A DNA stretch of 56,778 nt from a virus (IMGVR_UViG_3300021431_003088), one strand, 5' to 3'. Shown: positions 29,566 through 38,315, counted from the first letter of the stretch. Numbers and translations are program-made. The notes: generated by a model not told the origin, from the letters alone.

Positions 29566-30015
29566 CTATTCTCCAATCACTCTTACTGTATAATTCATTG
29601 TGCTAGTCTTATTATTCTCCGTTACTCTCGTTTTTAGCTTATACAAGCCTGCTTCCTTAAAAGTTATTAACGTATTTGTATGCTCTGTTAGGTCTTCCTT
29701 GTCTACTTCGTTTATACTTATTATTGTTCCATCATTATATTCAAACAGATCATATACCGTTATTGGCTTATTTATCTCCGGGTTTGTTTTTACATAAACA
29801 TTTGGCATTTCTTTTTCTTCCTGCTTTGTTAACAGTTTTGACGCTGTACTCTCTTGCATTTCCCCGTCCTTTGTTAGCTCCGCTGTGCCATACCCTGCTA
29901 CGCCTACCAATCCCGTTACTCCAAAAATTGATATGCCTGTTAATATTCCTATTATTATTACTGTTACTACCGTTGCGGTTACGCTTGAACCAAATTGCTC
30001 TATTACTTCTCTCAT
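29566..30015 (-). CDS. Minor pilin-like protein
   Basis: N-terminus MREVIEQFG plus hydrophobic helix, shared with three short pilins. Confidence 0.7.
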   Translation of the reverse strand: MREVIEQFGSSVTATVVTVIIIGILTGISIFGVTGLVGVAGYGTAELTKDGEMQESTASKLLTKQEEKEMPNVYVKTNPEINKPITVYDLFEYNDGTIISINEVDKEDLTEHTNTLITFKEAGLYKLKTRVTENNKTSTMNYTVRVIGE

Positions 30016-30025
30016 TTTTTTACCT

Positions 30026-30169
30026 CTAAATTGCTTTATTCGCTAGCTCTGAAAAGAACGAGTCTACTACTCCACCACCTGTGAATAGTAGTACACCCAC
30101 TCCTATTATTATTATCGCTGCGATTGTTCCTACTACCGCTTCTCCGTATTCGTCTAATATCTGTCTCAT
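30026..30169 (-). CDS. Flp-like pilin, 47 aa (not in ORF track)
   Basis: MRQILDEYGEAVVGTIAAIIIIGVGVLLFTGGGVVDSFFSELANKAI; RBS AGGAG. Confidence 0.8.
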   Translation of the reverse strand: MRQILDEYGEAVVGTIAAIIIIGVGVLLFTGGGVVDSFFSELANKAI

Positions 30170-30185
30170 ACGTTTCTCCTATTTC

Positions 30186-30293
30186 CTAAAACATGGCTAT
30201 TACTATTAGTGCTGCTCCTATTCCTAATACAAACAACAATCCCATAATTATACTTACTACTGCTTCTCCGTACTCGCTTATTATATATCGCAT
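30186..30293 (-). CDS. Flp-like pilin, 35 aa (not in ORF track)
   Basis: MRYIISEYGEAVVSIIMGLLFVLGIGAALIVIAMF; RBS GGGGAG. Confidence 0.75.
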   Translation of the reverse strand: MRYIISEYGEAVVSIIMGLLFVLGIGAALIVIAMF

Positions 30294-30307
30294 ACTCTTC
30301 TCCCCCT

Positions 30308-30670
30308 TTACTGGATCACTATCCTAGAATAATGGTGTTTATTTGAGTCTGTTCCTGTGTTCGTTTTTGATGAATTTAACATCTTTAATGTGTAATCATA
30401 CTCTAGGATGCACTCTGCTGTGTCCTTAATGCCATCTGAGTCGGTGTCGTATGCCTTTACTGTTAAATCATAATTATCTGCTTTAGCTTCTTCTTGGCAC
30501 ATAGCTATGGCTTCGTCAGAAAAGTTATATGATGTTAGTACCGCTGCATAGTCACTATTGGCTTTTTCTGCTCTCTGAGCATCCATTCCACACACTATTA
30601 GTCCTGCTCCTACCAGCACGATTATTAACATTAATGCTATTCCTAAAAATGTCTTTATTACTTGGTTCAT
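30308..30670 (-). CDS. Tad pseudopilin-like protein
   Basis: N-terminal TM helix; two Cys; within the Tad operon. Confidence 0.65.
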   Translation of the reverse strand: MNQVIKTFLGIALMLIIVLVGAGLIVCGMDAQRAEKANSDYAAVLTSYNFSDEAIAMCQEEAKADNYDLTVKAYDTDSDGIKDTAECILEYDYTLKMLNSSKTNTGTDSNKHHYSRIVIQ

Positions 30671-30987
30671 ACTTTTTCATTCCTCTTTAATCTTTTATTC
30701 TTTGCTACTGCTTTCTCACAAAATGCGTCTATCTTATCGTTTACATCTTTATTCTCCCACATAGCATCTACATTTTGTCTCATGCCCTTATACATTACTA
30801 TAATGCTAAACAGTGATGTGAATATTCCTGTAAACACTAGACTCTCACCTGTTATGCTTACTGTTGCTCCTATACTAAACAGCACTCCTAGTATTATTTG
30901 TTTTGCACTCAGCTCTATGCCGGCTATCTTTATTGTTACAAATACTGCTGTTAATAACACTAGCCCTAATATTATATATATTCCCAT
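30667..30987 (-). CDS. Small membrane protein of the Tad locus
   Basis: ATG 30987 with RBS AAGGAGAG; three hydrophobic segments. Confidence 0.65.
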   Translation of the reverse strand: MGIYIILGLVLLTAVFVTIKIAGIELSAKQIILGVLFSIGATVSITGESLVFTGIFTSLFSIIVMYKGMRQNVDAMWENKDVNDKIDAFCEKAVAKNKRLKRNEKV

Positions 30988-30997
30988 TTCTCTCTCC

Positions 30998-32512
30998 TTA
31001 CATTGATGCATATGAGAAGAAACCAAAGAGGAAAATAAACATATCCGCTATTAGTTTTACACTAGCTGTTAGCTGTGGCATTAGTAATAGTCCATAGAAT
31101 ACTGATAGCATATCATCGTTTCTTATCTTCTCTGCTTTATCTAGCATCATATTGTTTCGTCTTATGATGTCGTTTATCTGTGTGTCGGCATCATTTTCTG
31201 CTCCCTGCGAGATTGAATAAAGCATCTTCATTGAACTTTGAATTTCTGGTACGCCCGCAAACTCCATAAAGTGCAAGTATGGCTCTATTGTTACTCTGTC
31301 TTCTTCTCTTTCTGCCATGAACTTGATTAGTTCTGCTTTCAATACCGTTGGCGCACTCTCAAATGATTTCTCTATTGCTGTGTACACTGAGTTTGTTTGG
31401 AGTAGCAATGCTACTTCCATTAGCCAGCGTGGGAACTTTATTTCTATTTCTTTTCTTAGGTTCTTCATCTTCAGGTAATAACTTATTCTATGCTGGAATA
31501 AGAATATTGGCATAATTATCAGTGATGATATTCCAAGAAAGTTACTTCCTAGTATGAAGAATGTTACTATAAACATTGCGACCGGTACGATAGTCCAAGG
31601 CAATGATTTTCTCAAAAACTCTTTCTTTGGGTTGAATGTTGTTACGTATTCGTAGTTCTTCTTTATTTCTTTTGCGGTCATTCTATCTTTTACTGATAAC
31701 CAGTCTACCGCCATTTTACTGTCTGTTACTACATAGATTATGATGTCTGCTATTAGCATTATCGCTGTTGCTATCTGCGTTATTATTGAGTTTGCAACCT
31801 CTACTGCGCTTGCTAGGTTTCTCTGTATGAAAATACACAGTCCGATGGATATTACGATTGACGCAATTACCATTATCTTCTTGTTCTTTCTCTCTCTATG
31901 TTGTATTAATTGCCTATCAGCCCACATAGACCTATCTTGCAAGAGTAACTGGATACTGTTCTCGAAGTCTCCACCTATCTGTTCTACCTTTAATAGAAAT
32001 CTATGGATTGTTCTTAGTCTTTCGCATTTATACTCTCGCTCGATTATTTTTAGTGCGTCCTTATGAACATCACCCTCGTTATTGTTATACACATACTCTA
32101 GAGATTCGATGATCGTGCTTTTCATTGGGCCATCTCCAAAAACTGAAAGCACATCCTTTAATGATTGCACAATCTTCTTGTTTCCCCTGAACGAATAGAG
32201 GATTTGCTCCATGTACTGGTTTACATCAGAAAACCTCTGCTGTTCATATTGCTGCTTATATCCATTTGCTATTAGTACGGGGATTGCTACTATTCCTGCT
32301 ACACCTACCACTATTGCTGTTATCCAATGTAGCGAAAACGCATATGTACACACTCCTAATAAAATTAGAAAACCTAGGTAGAATAATACTGTTCTTGCTA
32401 CCGACAGTTTATATCCGTATCTCTTTACCTCTGCTGACAGGTTAGCAGGGTTCATATAATAAAATACATTCCTTTTTTGGTTTCTTTTCTTTGTTTTCTT
32501 TGTCTTTGCCAT
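30998..32512 (-). CDS. TadB/TadC-like fused inner-membrane platform protein
   Basis: Two T2SSF-like halves ('RFSDVNQYMEQILYSF...' and 'EIEIKFPRWLMEVALLLQ...AIEKS') separated by TM pairs; follows the ATPase. Confidence 0.8.
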   Translation of the reverse strand: MAKTKKTKKRNQKRNVFYYMNPANLSAEVKRYGYKLSVARTVLFYLGFLILLGVCTYAFSLHWITAIVVGVAGIVAIPVLIANGYKQQYEQQRFSDVNQYMEQILYSFRGNKKIVQSLKDVLSVFGDGPMKSTIIESLEYVYNNNEGDVHKDALKIIEREYKCERLRTIHRFLLKVEQIGGDFENSIQLLLQDRSMWADRQLIQHRERKNKKIMVIASIVISIGLCIFIQRNLASAVEVANSIITQIATAIMLIADIIIYVVTDSKMAVDWLSVKDRMTAKEIKKNYEYVTTFNPKKEFLRKSLPWTIVPVAMFIVTFFILGSNFLGISSLIIMPIFLFQHRISYYLKMKNLRKEIEIKFPRWLMEVALLLQTNSVYTAIEKSFESAPTVLKAELIKFMAEREEDRVTIEPYLHFMEFAGVPEIQSSMKMLYSISQGAENDADTQINDIIRRNNMMLDKAEKIRNDDMLSVFYGLLLMPQLTASVKLIADMFIFLFGFFSYASM

Positions 32513-32529
32513 TCGTTCTTACCTTTCCC

Positions 32530-33789
32530 TTAATCGAATTTAGGTATGTATGTTTCCTTTAATCTTTCTTCTAATGTTTCCTCATAGCTCTCATCTATAT
32601 CAGGCTCTTTACTTTCGATACCTAGTCTCTCGTTTACTGTTTTGTTCGTAAAGAGTGGTTTTATATTATCCCTGGTGACTCCTACGCCCTTTAGCTTCAC
32701 TAAGATGTTCTCTGGCAATGGTCTATCTACTATCTTTCCGTCTTGCACTACGATGATACATCTTCCTGATTTTAGTTCTCCGTCCGCTTCGGTCTTTACT
32801 CCTTCGGTTGTAAAGAAGCCTACTTGATCTATATATCTTATTATCTCGCCTTTTTCGTTATGCTTAAAATTTATCATTATTCCTACATTTACAAATTCGT
32901 AAATGTTCTTCAGGAACCTTTTTTCTATCGTGGAGTCGTTTACCATATTTAGCATTCGGCTCGGTATCTTCCTTACATCATCTGTATGCAGGGTGGTAAT
33001 ACCATTTACTCCTGTAGAAAAACCTTGCACTAGGTGCTTTACCTCGTTTCCCCTTGTCTCTGCTATCATTAGCCACTTTGGGTTTTGCTTCAGGCTTGCT
33101 ATGATAGCGTCTGAGTAGTCGAAGTTCTCTGTTGTTCGCATTTCCACACAGTCTGCTTCGGGCTTTAATTCCTTATATCGCCATTCCTTTACCGACTCGA
33201 TTGTTATTACTCGCTCTGAGTCCGGGATATATGTCGATATGAACTTCGCACACTCTGTCTTTCCCGCTCTTGGCTCTCCACAAAAAACGATATTCATATG
33301 CGCTTTTACGCAGTTTGCCATTAGGCTTAGTATCTCTTTTGAACAGTACAGTGTATCTATAGCATACTTCTCTGTTATTCTTGCTTTTGGGGGCGTCTTT
33401 CTTATACAGATACTTGTTCCGTTTGTGGCGATTGAGTCATGCACTACTGATATTCGTAGTTCATCTGTCTCTGTTTCTACCACAGGTGTTAATGGATTTA
33501 TCTCTACCTGCTCATGATCGGCTATCTGTATCGCAAAGTTTCTTATCCATTCTTCTGTTAGTAGTGGCTCGTTTACATACCATCTCTCGTTCTTGGTATT
33601 TGTTAGCCATACCTTTTGGTTATAATTAAAATCTATGTCTGTTATATCTTCGTCTTCTACATATTTCTTCAGCGGGCCAAAGACTTCGTTATCGGCGAAG
33701 ATGTTGAATACCAATTCATTATTCTTTTCTTTTTCGTCTAGTTTCTTCAACAGTTCTTTTGTATCCATCGTTGGTTTATATTCGTTCAT
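32530..33789 (-). CDS. cpaF: CpaF/TadA pilus assembly ATPase
   Basis: Walker A GEPRAGKT, Asp box ITIE, 'LKQNPKWLMIAETRG', His box TTLH. Confidence 0.92.
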   Translation of the reverse strand: MNEYKPTMDTKELLKKLDEKEKNNELVFNIFADNEVFGPLKKYVEDEDITDIDFNYNQKVWLTNTKNERWYVNEPLLTEEWIRNFAIQIADHEQVEINPLTPVVETETDELRISVVHDSIATNGTSICIRKTPPKARITEKYAIDTLYCSKEILSLMANCVKAHMNIVFCGEPRAGKTECAKFISTYIPDSERVITIESVKEWRYKELKPEADCVEMRTTENFDYSDAIIASLKQNPKWLMIAETRGNEVKHLVQGFSTGVNGITTLHTDDVRKIPSRMLNMVNDSTIEKRFLKNIYEFVNVGIMINFKHNEKGEIIRYIDQVGFFTTEGVKTEADGELKSGRCIIVVQDGKIVDRPLPENILVKLKGVGVTRDNIKPLFTNKTVNERLGIESKEPDIDESYEETLEERLKETYIPKFD

Positions 33790-33870
33790 TCCTTTTTCCC
33801 TTTTCTCTTTAGTGTGTAGTTAACGGCGCATATGCGCCGCTTCTTTCCTATCCACTTAGTGCTGCTTTTT

Positions 33871-34041
33871 TTACTGCCCTGAGTTTGGTGTGATTTGCGG
33901 GGTCAGTGTATTCTTGATTAGACCTGTAAACGCATCTGTAACTGTTGTTTTTACAGCGTCCATCTGTAGTATTCCTACTACTAAAAAGATTGCGATTACT
34001 GTAATGATTGCTGGACCCCATTCCTTAATAATGTCTTGCAT
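33871..34041 (-). CDS. Probable major Flp-like pilin, 56 aa (not in ORF track)
   Basis: MQDIIKEWGPAIITVIAIFLVVGILQ...; strong RBS GAAAGGAG; followed by the GC hairpin CGGCGC-ATAT-GCGCCG, a typical pilin mRNA stabiliser. Confidence 0.8.
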   Translation of the reverse strand: MQDIIKEWGPAIITVIAIFLVVGILQMDAVKTTVTDAFTGLIKNTLTPQITPNSGQ

Positions 34042-34104
34042 ATGCTTTTTCTCCTTTCTTAGATTTAAGGGTTTTTATGTATAAACAATTTTCATTGTTG
34101 ATAC

Positions 34105-34641
34105 CTAATCTGATAAGTCGAGGGTTTCTAATAGTTCTAATGTATCCTTATCGCACGTCTCAGCTTCCTTTGACATTATGTGGATTGCCTCGTTATGCTC
34201 AAATCCTCGCCTGTACGGTCTATCTGTCGTTAGTGCTTCATACATATCTATTGTATGTAGCATCTTCGCTTTCCTTATTACTTCCTCTGTTGGGTTTACT
34301 TCTAGCTTTGTTAATGTCGGTACATGACTACCATGATGGTATAAGACTATCTGGCATATGTTTTCCTCAATCCCTATTCGCTTTAGCAACATATACCCTA
34401 TGTACGGGTGCAGGTCGATTATATCTCGCTCTAACTCTGTTAACCTATTAGGCTTGTCTATGATATTACTTGATATATAATACTTGCCTACATCATGCAC
34501 AAATGCTGCATAGCTTAACTCCTTATCTTTCATTCCGAGTTTATGCTCTACCAAGCACGCTATTTCCTGTACTCTTAATGAATGATTGAATGTCATTGCG
34601 TCTAGTGATTGCACTAGATCGTATGCTTCGTCTTTTAACAT
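34105..34641 (-). CDS. HD-GYP-like phosphohydrolase (GYP loop degenerate)
   Basis: HSLRV, HDVGK, HPYIG, YHH, DMYEAL and RPYR motifs present; HHExxDGxGYP replaced by HHGSHVP. Confidence 0.85.
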   Translation of the reverse strand: MLKDEAYDLVQSLDAMTFNHSLRVQEIACLVEHKLGMKDKELSYAAFVHDVGKYYISSNIIDKPNRLTELERDIIDLHPYIGYMLLKRIGIEENICQIVLYHHGSHVPTLTKLEVNPTEEVIRKAKMLHTIDMYEALTTDRPYRRGFEHNEAIHIMSKEAETCDKDTLELLETLDLSD

Positions 34642-34657
34642 ATTTCTTTCTCTCCTC

Positions 34658-35314
34658 TTATGTGATGTAGTTTGTCACCGTTACACATAGGGCGATCAGT
34701 GCGCCTAGCTTTATAACTGATGATACTATGAGGTGTTTTGTCCTTTTTGTTTCCTCTCCTAACTGTTTATTGTATTCATTCTTGATTAGGCCTTGCAGTT
34801 CTTCCTTATCCTCTTTTGTCTTTTCTGTTAGCTTATATTCCCTCTTATCGCTATACATATCTTCATCTGCTTCTTTCATCATTTCTTTTAGGCTCTTTCC
34901 TGCACCGCCTATTGAAAAACCTATGGCTGCGGATATGATTAGGTCTTTTTCTTTCGCTCTGTCATTCTCTTTCTCTAACTCTTCCTTGAAACGTTCCCTT
35001 AGCCTTTTGATTAACTCCTCGTCTTTTGCTTCCAGAATGGCTAGAAATTCGTCTCCACCTGTGCGATAACTGTTCTCACCAAATACCTTCATGATTGTCT
35101 TTGCTACACTTATTAGGAGTTTATCCCCCATTTCGTGGCCAAAGCTATCATTCATCTTCTTTAGGTTATTTGCGTCTATGCTTACTAGTGTTATCTCTCG
35201 TATGTCTAGATTTGACATATCATCTTCAAAGGCTTTTCTATTTTTTAGTTGTGTTAGGTTGTCGTGATAGGCTATATATTTTAAGTCTTCTTTTTCCATT
35301 TTTAACATCCTCAT
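34658..35314 (-). CDS. Diguanylate cyclase (GGDEF) with C-terminal TM helix
   Basis: DNLTQLKNR, DANNLKKMNDSFGHEMGD, RTGGDEF intact; likely real start 35299 (RBS GAGGA). Confidence 0.92.
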   Translation of the reverse strand: MRMLKMEKEDLKYIAYHDNLTQLKNRKAFEDDMSNLDIREITLVSIDANNLKKMNDSFGHEMGDKLLISVAKTIMKVFGENSYRTGGDEFLAILEAKDEELIKRLRERFKEELEKENDRAKEKDLIISAAIGFSIGGAGKSLKEMMKEADEDMYSDKREYKLTEKTKEDKEELQGLIKNEYNKQLGEETKRTKHLIVSSVIKLGALIALCVTVTNYIT

Positions 35315-35318
35315 CTTT

Positions 35319-35343
35319 TATATAAGTGTAGTGCGAAGTTTGG
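35319..35343 (-). promoter_or_regulatory. Full conserved promoter motif (GGDEF-HD-Tad operon)
   Basis: CCAAACTTCGCACTACACTTATATA, immediately after the sigma gene stop. Confidence 0.75.
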
Positions 35344-35344
35344 T

Positions 35345-36271
35345 CTACGCTCTTAATGTTTTTTTGTAATCTTGTATCTTTCTTGTGTGCTTTTCCTCTA
35401 CTGTTTTTGCAATTTTGGGGAAGTATCTGTCAAGTAGGCCCGAAAAGAACAATTTATATCCCGTTTCCTCTAGCGTGAAGCTGGAGTTGTATTTGTTCTT
35501 GATGTTATATTTATCCTCTATCTCGATTGCGTAAATATCGCACACTTCTAGCTTGAAGCTCTCTGCTTCTAGCTTCGTTAATATATTTCTTCCTATTGCT
35601 TCATCTAACATAGCTGTTAGATTGGCTAGTATATCTACTTTCTCGTAGTCCTCTGAGTTTGAACCCTTATCTTCTAGCTCTACAGCACTCTCGTCTTTCT
35701 CTAGATTGGTATGTGTTACCTCTACGTCTGAGTTCTTCTGAAAGTAATATATCCAAAGTGCATCAAATGTACTTCTTAGTACATTTCCTGTGTAGTTATG
35801 CTTATTTAGGTACTCTAGCGCTTCCTCCTTGTGCGGGCTACACTCGTTTGCGTTACTTGTGTCTATCCCCGCTTCCTCGAAGTATTTCTTTATCAAGATT
35901 AAATATCTTTTTTGCGTATCGCTTATCTTCACTACACTTAGTTTTCTCGCTTCGTGGTACACATTGGTCGATACTTTTCGTGAGATATAGGTGCTATATT
36001 TTGCTTTTTCCTCATCATATTTATCTAGCACCTCTAGCTCTGGGTTTATGATTCTATTTAGGTAAATCTCCGAGCTTATGTCGTCTATCTTGTCTTGTGT
36101 GATACCTAGTGGCGATTTGCTTTTTATGTAGTTTCTCGTGACTATCTTTACATAATCATATGTTAGTGCGTCTACTTCTTCTTTCAGCGCCTTTTTCTTC
36201 TCTTCGTTTGTTTCTTTCTTGTACTCTATCGCTTTCTCATTTAGTTTTTCTGTTAATTCCTTTGAAGTCAT
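35345..36271 (-). CDS. Divergent sigma-70-family RNA polymerase sigma factor
   Basis: Region 2-like 'YDYVKIVTRNY...DDISSEIYL...LDKYDEEKAKYSTYISRKV' (compare KFDxxKGxKFSTYAxWWI); region 4-like 'LTKLEAESFKL...FTLEETG'; ATGA overlap with the upstream ORF at 36268-36271. Confidence 0.7.
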   Translation of the reverse strand: MTSKELTEKLNEKAIEYKKETNEEKKKALKEEVDALTYDYVKIVTRNYIKSKSPLGITQDKIDDISSEIYLNRIINPELEVLDKYDEEKAKYSTYISRKVSTNVYHEARKLSVVKISDTQKRYLILIKKYFEEAGIDTSNANECSPHKEEALEYLNKHNYTGNVLRSTFDALWIYYFQKNSDVEVTHTNLEKDESAVELEDKGSNSEDYEKVDILANLTAMLDEAIGRNILTKLEAESFKLEVCDIYAIEIEDKYNIKNKYNSSFTLEETGYKLFFSGLLDRYFPKIAKTVEEKHTRKIQDYKKTLRA

Positions 36272-36570
36272 ACGCAACTACCCCCGAAGAAACATTCCAT
36301 ATCGAAGTCTTCGTCTTCGTTTCTTACTGTTCTTAAGTCGGATTTGAAAAAGTGGTTCTTCTCAATACTACTTCTATTTCTCCTCTGCTTATCGTTATGA
36401 ATTTCATTCCAACCCCTCTCTATTACTAGCCGTGAAAATGCGGGTAGTGTTAGCTCGGGATTGCTCCTTACCAAGCATTTATACACTAGTTCCATGCTCC
36501 AGTTATAGTTACAATACAGCTCCCTTGCCTCTTCTAATGTGATCGCTTCTAAATAACCCTGTCCCTTCAT
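36268..36570 (-). CDS. Hypothetical 100-aa protein translationally coupled to the sigma gene
   Basis: RBS GAGGAGGAG before ATG 36570; stop overlaps the sigma ATG. Confidence 0.75.
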   Translation of the reverse strand: MKGQGYLEAITLEEARELYCNYNWSMELVYKCLVRSNPELTLPAFSRLVIERGWNEIHNDKQRRNRSSIEKNHFFKSDLRTVRNEDEDFDMECFFGGSCV

Positions 36571-36610
36571 TACTCCTCCTCTTTCCGCTCGCAAAGTTTG
36601 TTTGCTTTTG

Positions 36611-36835
36611 TCAATTCTTGACGCAAAAAAAATAGAAGTGTATCTCGTTTTGGCTTATGTCTAATGCCCTGCACCACCTATCTATTGTTTTTAGTTCTAA
36701 GCTCTTATTATTACTTATTAACTTCTTTACATAGTCTGGTGCTTGCCCTACTTCTTTCGCAAAACTCTCTACGCTTCCATACTTTTCTTCTATTCTTTTT
36801 GTTAATCTTCTGTAATCGTATTTATATACTTTCAT
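36611..36835 (-). CDS. Cro-like HTH protein (DUF739-like)
   Basis: 'YDYRRLTKRIEEKYGSVESFAKEVG...IDRWCRALDI..NEIHFYFF' matches the phage DUF739/Cro pattern. Confidence 0.85.
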   Translation of the reverse strand: MKVYKYDYRRLTKRIEEKYGSVESFAKEVGQAPDYVKKLISNNKSLELKTIDRWCRALDISQNEIHFYFFCVKN

Positions 36836-36895
36836 CCTTTTTTCCTTTCCTTTACTGAAAATACCTTTTGTTACGATTGTAAAAACTACTTCCTT

Positions 36896-36973
36896 ATACT
36901 ATCATTTTAATTTTCGTCTGTCAATCTTTTTTGCCTTTGCAAACTTGATTTTTTTTCATTTGTAAACTATAAT
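36896..36973. promoter_or_regulatory. Back-to-back sigmaA promoters of a cI/cro-like switch
   Basis: Minus: TTGACA(36924-36919)-17-TAGTAT. Plus: TTGATT(36945)-17-TATAAT(36968). CTTTGCAAAC lies between the -35 boxes. Confidence 0.7.
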
Positions 36974-37025
36974 TTACTTATATAAAAAGTTTTTTTGCAA
37001 TAATAATTGAAAGGAGGTAGTTATT

Positions 37026-37406
37026 ATGAGCAAATTAGTTAAAGTTAGTTCTAGTAATGACCGCATTAGAAAGATTATCGACATGAAGAATCTTACTCTT
37101 ACTCAACTTAGTAACATGACTGGTGTTGCGGTTTCTTCTATCTCCTTATATGTTAATAACAAGCGTACTCCTGCACAAAATTCTATTATGGCTATCTCCT
37201 CTGCCCTTAACATCAACCCTGCTTGGCTTATGGGATATGATGTACCAATGGAGCAATTATTCCTTCACGATGTGATTGACAATATTACGCCTGATTCTGA
37301 TTGCGATTCTAAACTTATTGAACTCATTAAGATTGCACAAGGTCTTGACCAGAAGTGCATCAACATTCTTATTGATGTGGCTAATTCTCTTGAAAAAAAC
37401 ATCTAA
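37026..37406 (+). CDS. XRE-family (cI/ImmR-like) repressor
   Basis: 'RIRKIIDMKNLTLTQLSNMTGVAVSSISLYVNNKRTP...ALNINPAWLMGYD'; divergent from the cro-like gene. Confidence 0.92.
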   Translation: MSKLVKVSSSNDRIRKIIDMKNLTLTQLSNMTGVAVSSISLYVNNKRTPAQNSIMAISSALNINPAWLMGYDVPMEQLFLHDVIDNITPDSDCDSKLIELIKIAQGLDQKCINILIDVANSLEKNI

Positions 37407-37425
37407 TCAGACCTTGCGCTTAGTA

Positions 37426-37641
37426 TTATGACTTGCTTAATATGTCTACATCCTCTGCGTTCATGCCTTTCTCTGTCTCTTTTGCTGCAAACTCTACGGT
37501 CCAGCCCTTCTTTAAGAACCTAAAGCCCTCTGCGTTAATCTGATTGTGATATACGAAGTAGTTCTCTCCGTCATCGCCCTTAATGTTTCCAAATCCTCTT
37601 TGTGGTTGATACCACTCTACTGTTCCTTTTATCTTCTCCAT
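37426..37641 (-). CDS. Cold-shock domain protein
   Basis: KGTVEWY, RNP1-like RGFGNI, RNP2-like YFVYHNQI, 'GFRFLKKGWTVEF'. Confidence 0.92.
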   Translation of the reverse strand: MEKIKGTVEWYQPQRGFGNIKGDDGENYFVYHNQINAEGFRFLKKGWTVEFAAKETEKGMNAEDVDILSKS

Positions 37642-37664
37642 TCTTCTTTTCTCCTATCTCTTTT

Positions 37665-38315
37665 TTAAAAATTTCCTAATACTATGTGCAATATCCCTAC
37701 TACCACTAACGCAGCATACGGTACACATAGTTTTATTAGCTCTTTCTTCTTATTCTCTTCTTCCCATTTTTTCTTATCTGCTCCTATTACTTCTACTTCT
37801 GCTTCTTCCTTTAGCATCTCGTATATTTTACAGAAGCTCTCGTAATCGTATTGCTCCCCATTAACTTTGAAGATATTTGCATCTACTATGTTTTCGTCAA
37901 TGATTATCTTGCTATACTTTTTATCTTCTCGTAGCTTTATATAGAACGCCCTCGTTTTCTCGTCCTCTATTATGCTTTTTATCTCCGGTATCTGTATGTC
38001 ACATACTTCGTATGTATCCTTTGTAGTTTGATGCACATACAGGTATCCTTCTGATATTTTCTTTGATACTATATTTATCTCTGACTCTGTTATGTCTGTT
38101 ATTCGCTCTTTCGCTTTCCTGAGTCTTTTTATTATGGTTCGCAAGTTTACCGTGGATACTACAACTGCTACTACTAATGTTATTATCATTCTTTCCTGCA
38201 TACTGAAAAATATTGTCACCATTAAGGCTATTACTGTTGCTATCGCATACACGGTATAACTTTGCTTTATATTTAGTTCCTCTAGTATCTTCTCTTTTTG
38301 CGGCTTTATATTCAT
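37665..38315 (-). CDS. Hypothetical membrane protein
   Basis: Two N-terminal and one C-terminal TM helices. Confidence 0.75.
   Translation of the reverse strand: MNIKPQKEKILEELNIKQSYTVYAIATVIALMVTIFFSMQERMIITLVVAVVVSTVNLRTIIKRLRKAKERITDITESEINIVSKKISEGYLYVHQTTKDTYEVCDIQIPEIKSIIEDEKTRAFYIKLREDKKYSKIIIDENIVDANIFKVNGEQYDYESFCKIYEMLKEEAEVEVIGADKKKWEEENKKKELIKLCVPYAALVVVGILHIVLGNF

Noticed and set aside
36611-37406. Prophage, suggested by cI/cro, Sak3, SSB and the tail-lysozyme domain
   Set aside because: No terminase, capsid, tail or integrase genes; the context is Rep_3/ParA plus T4SS.
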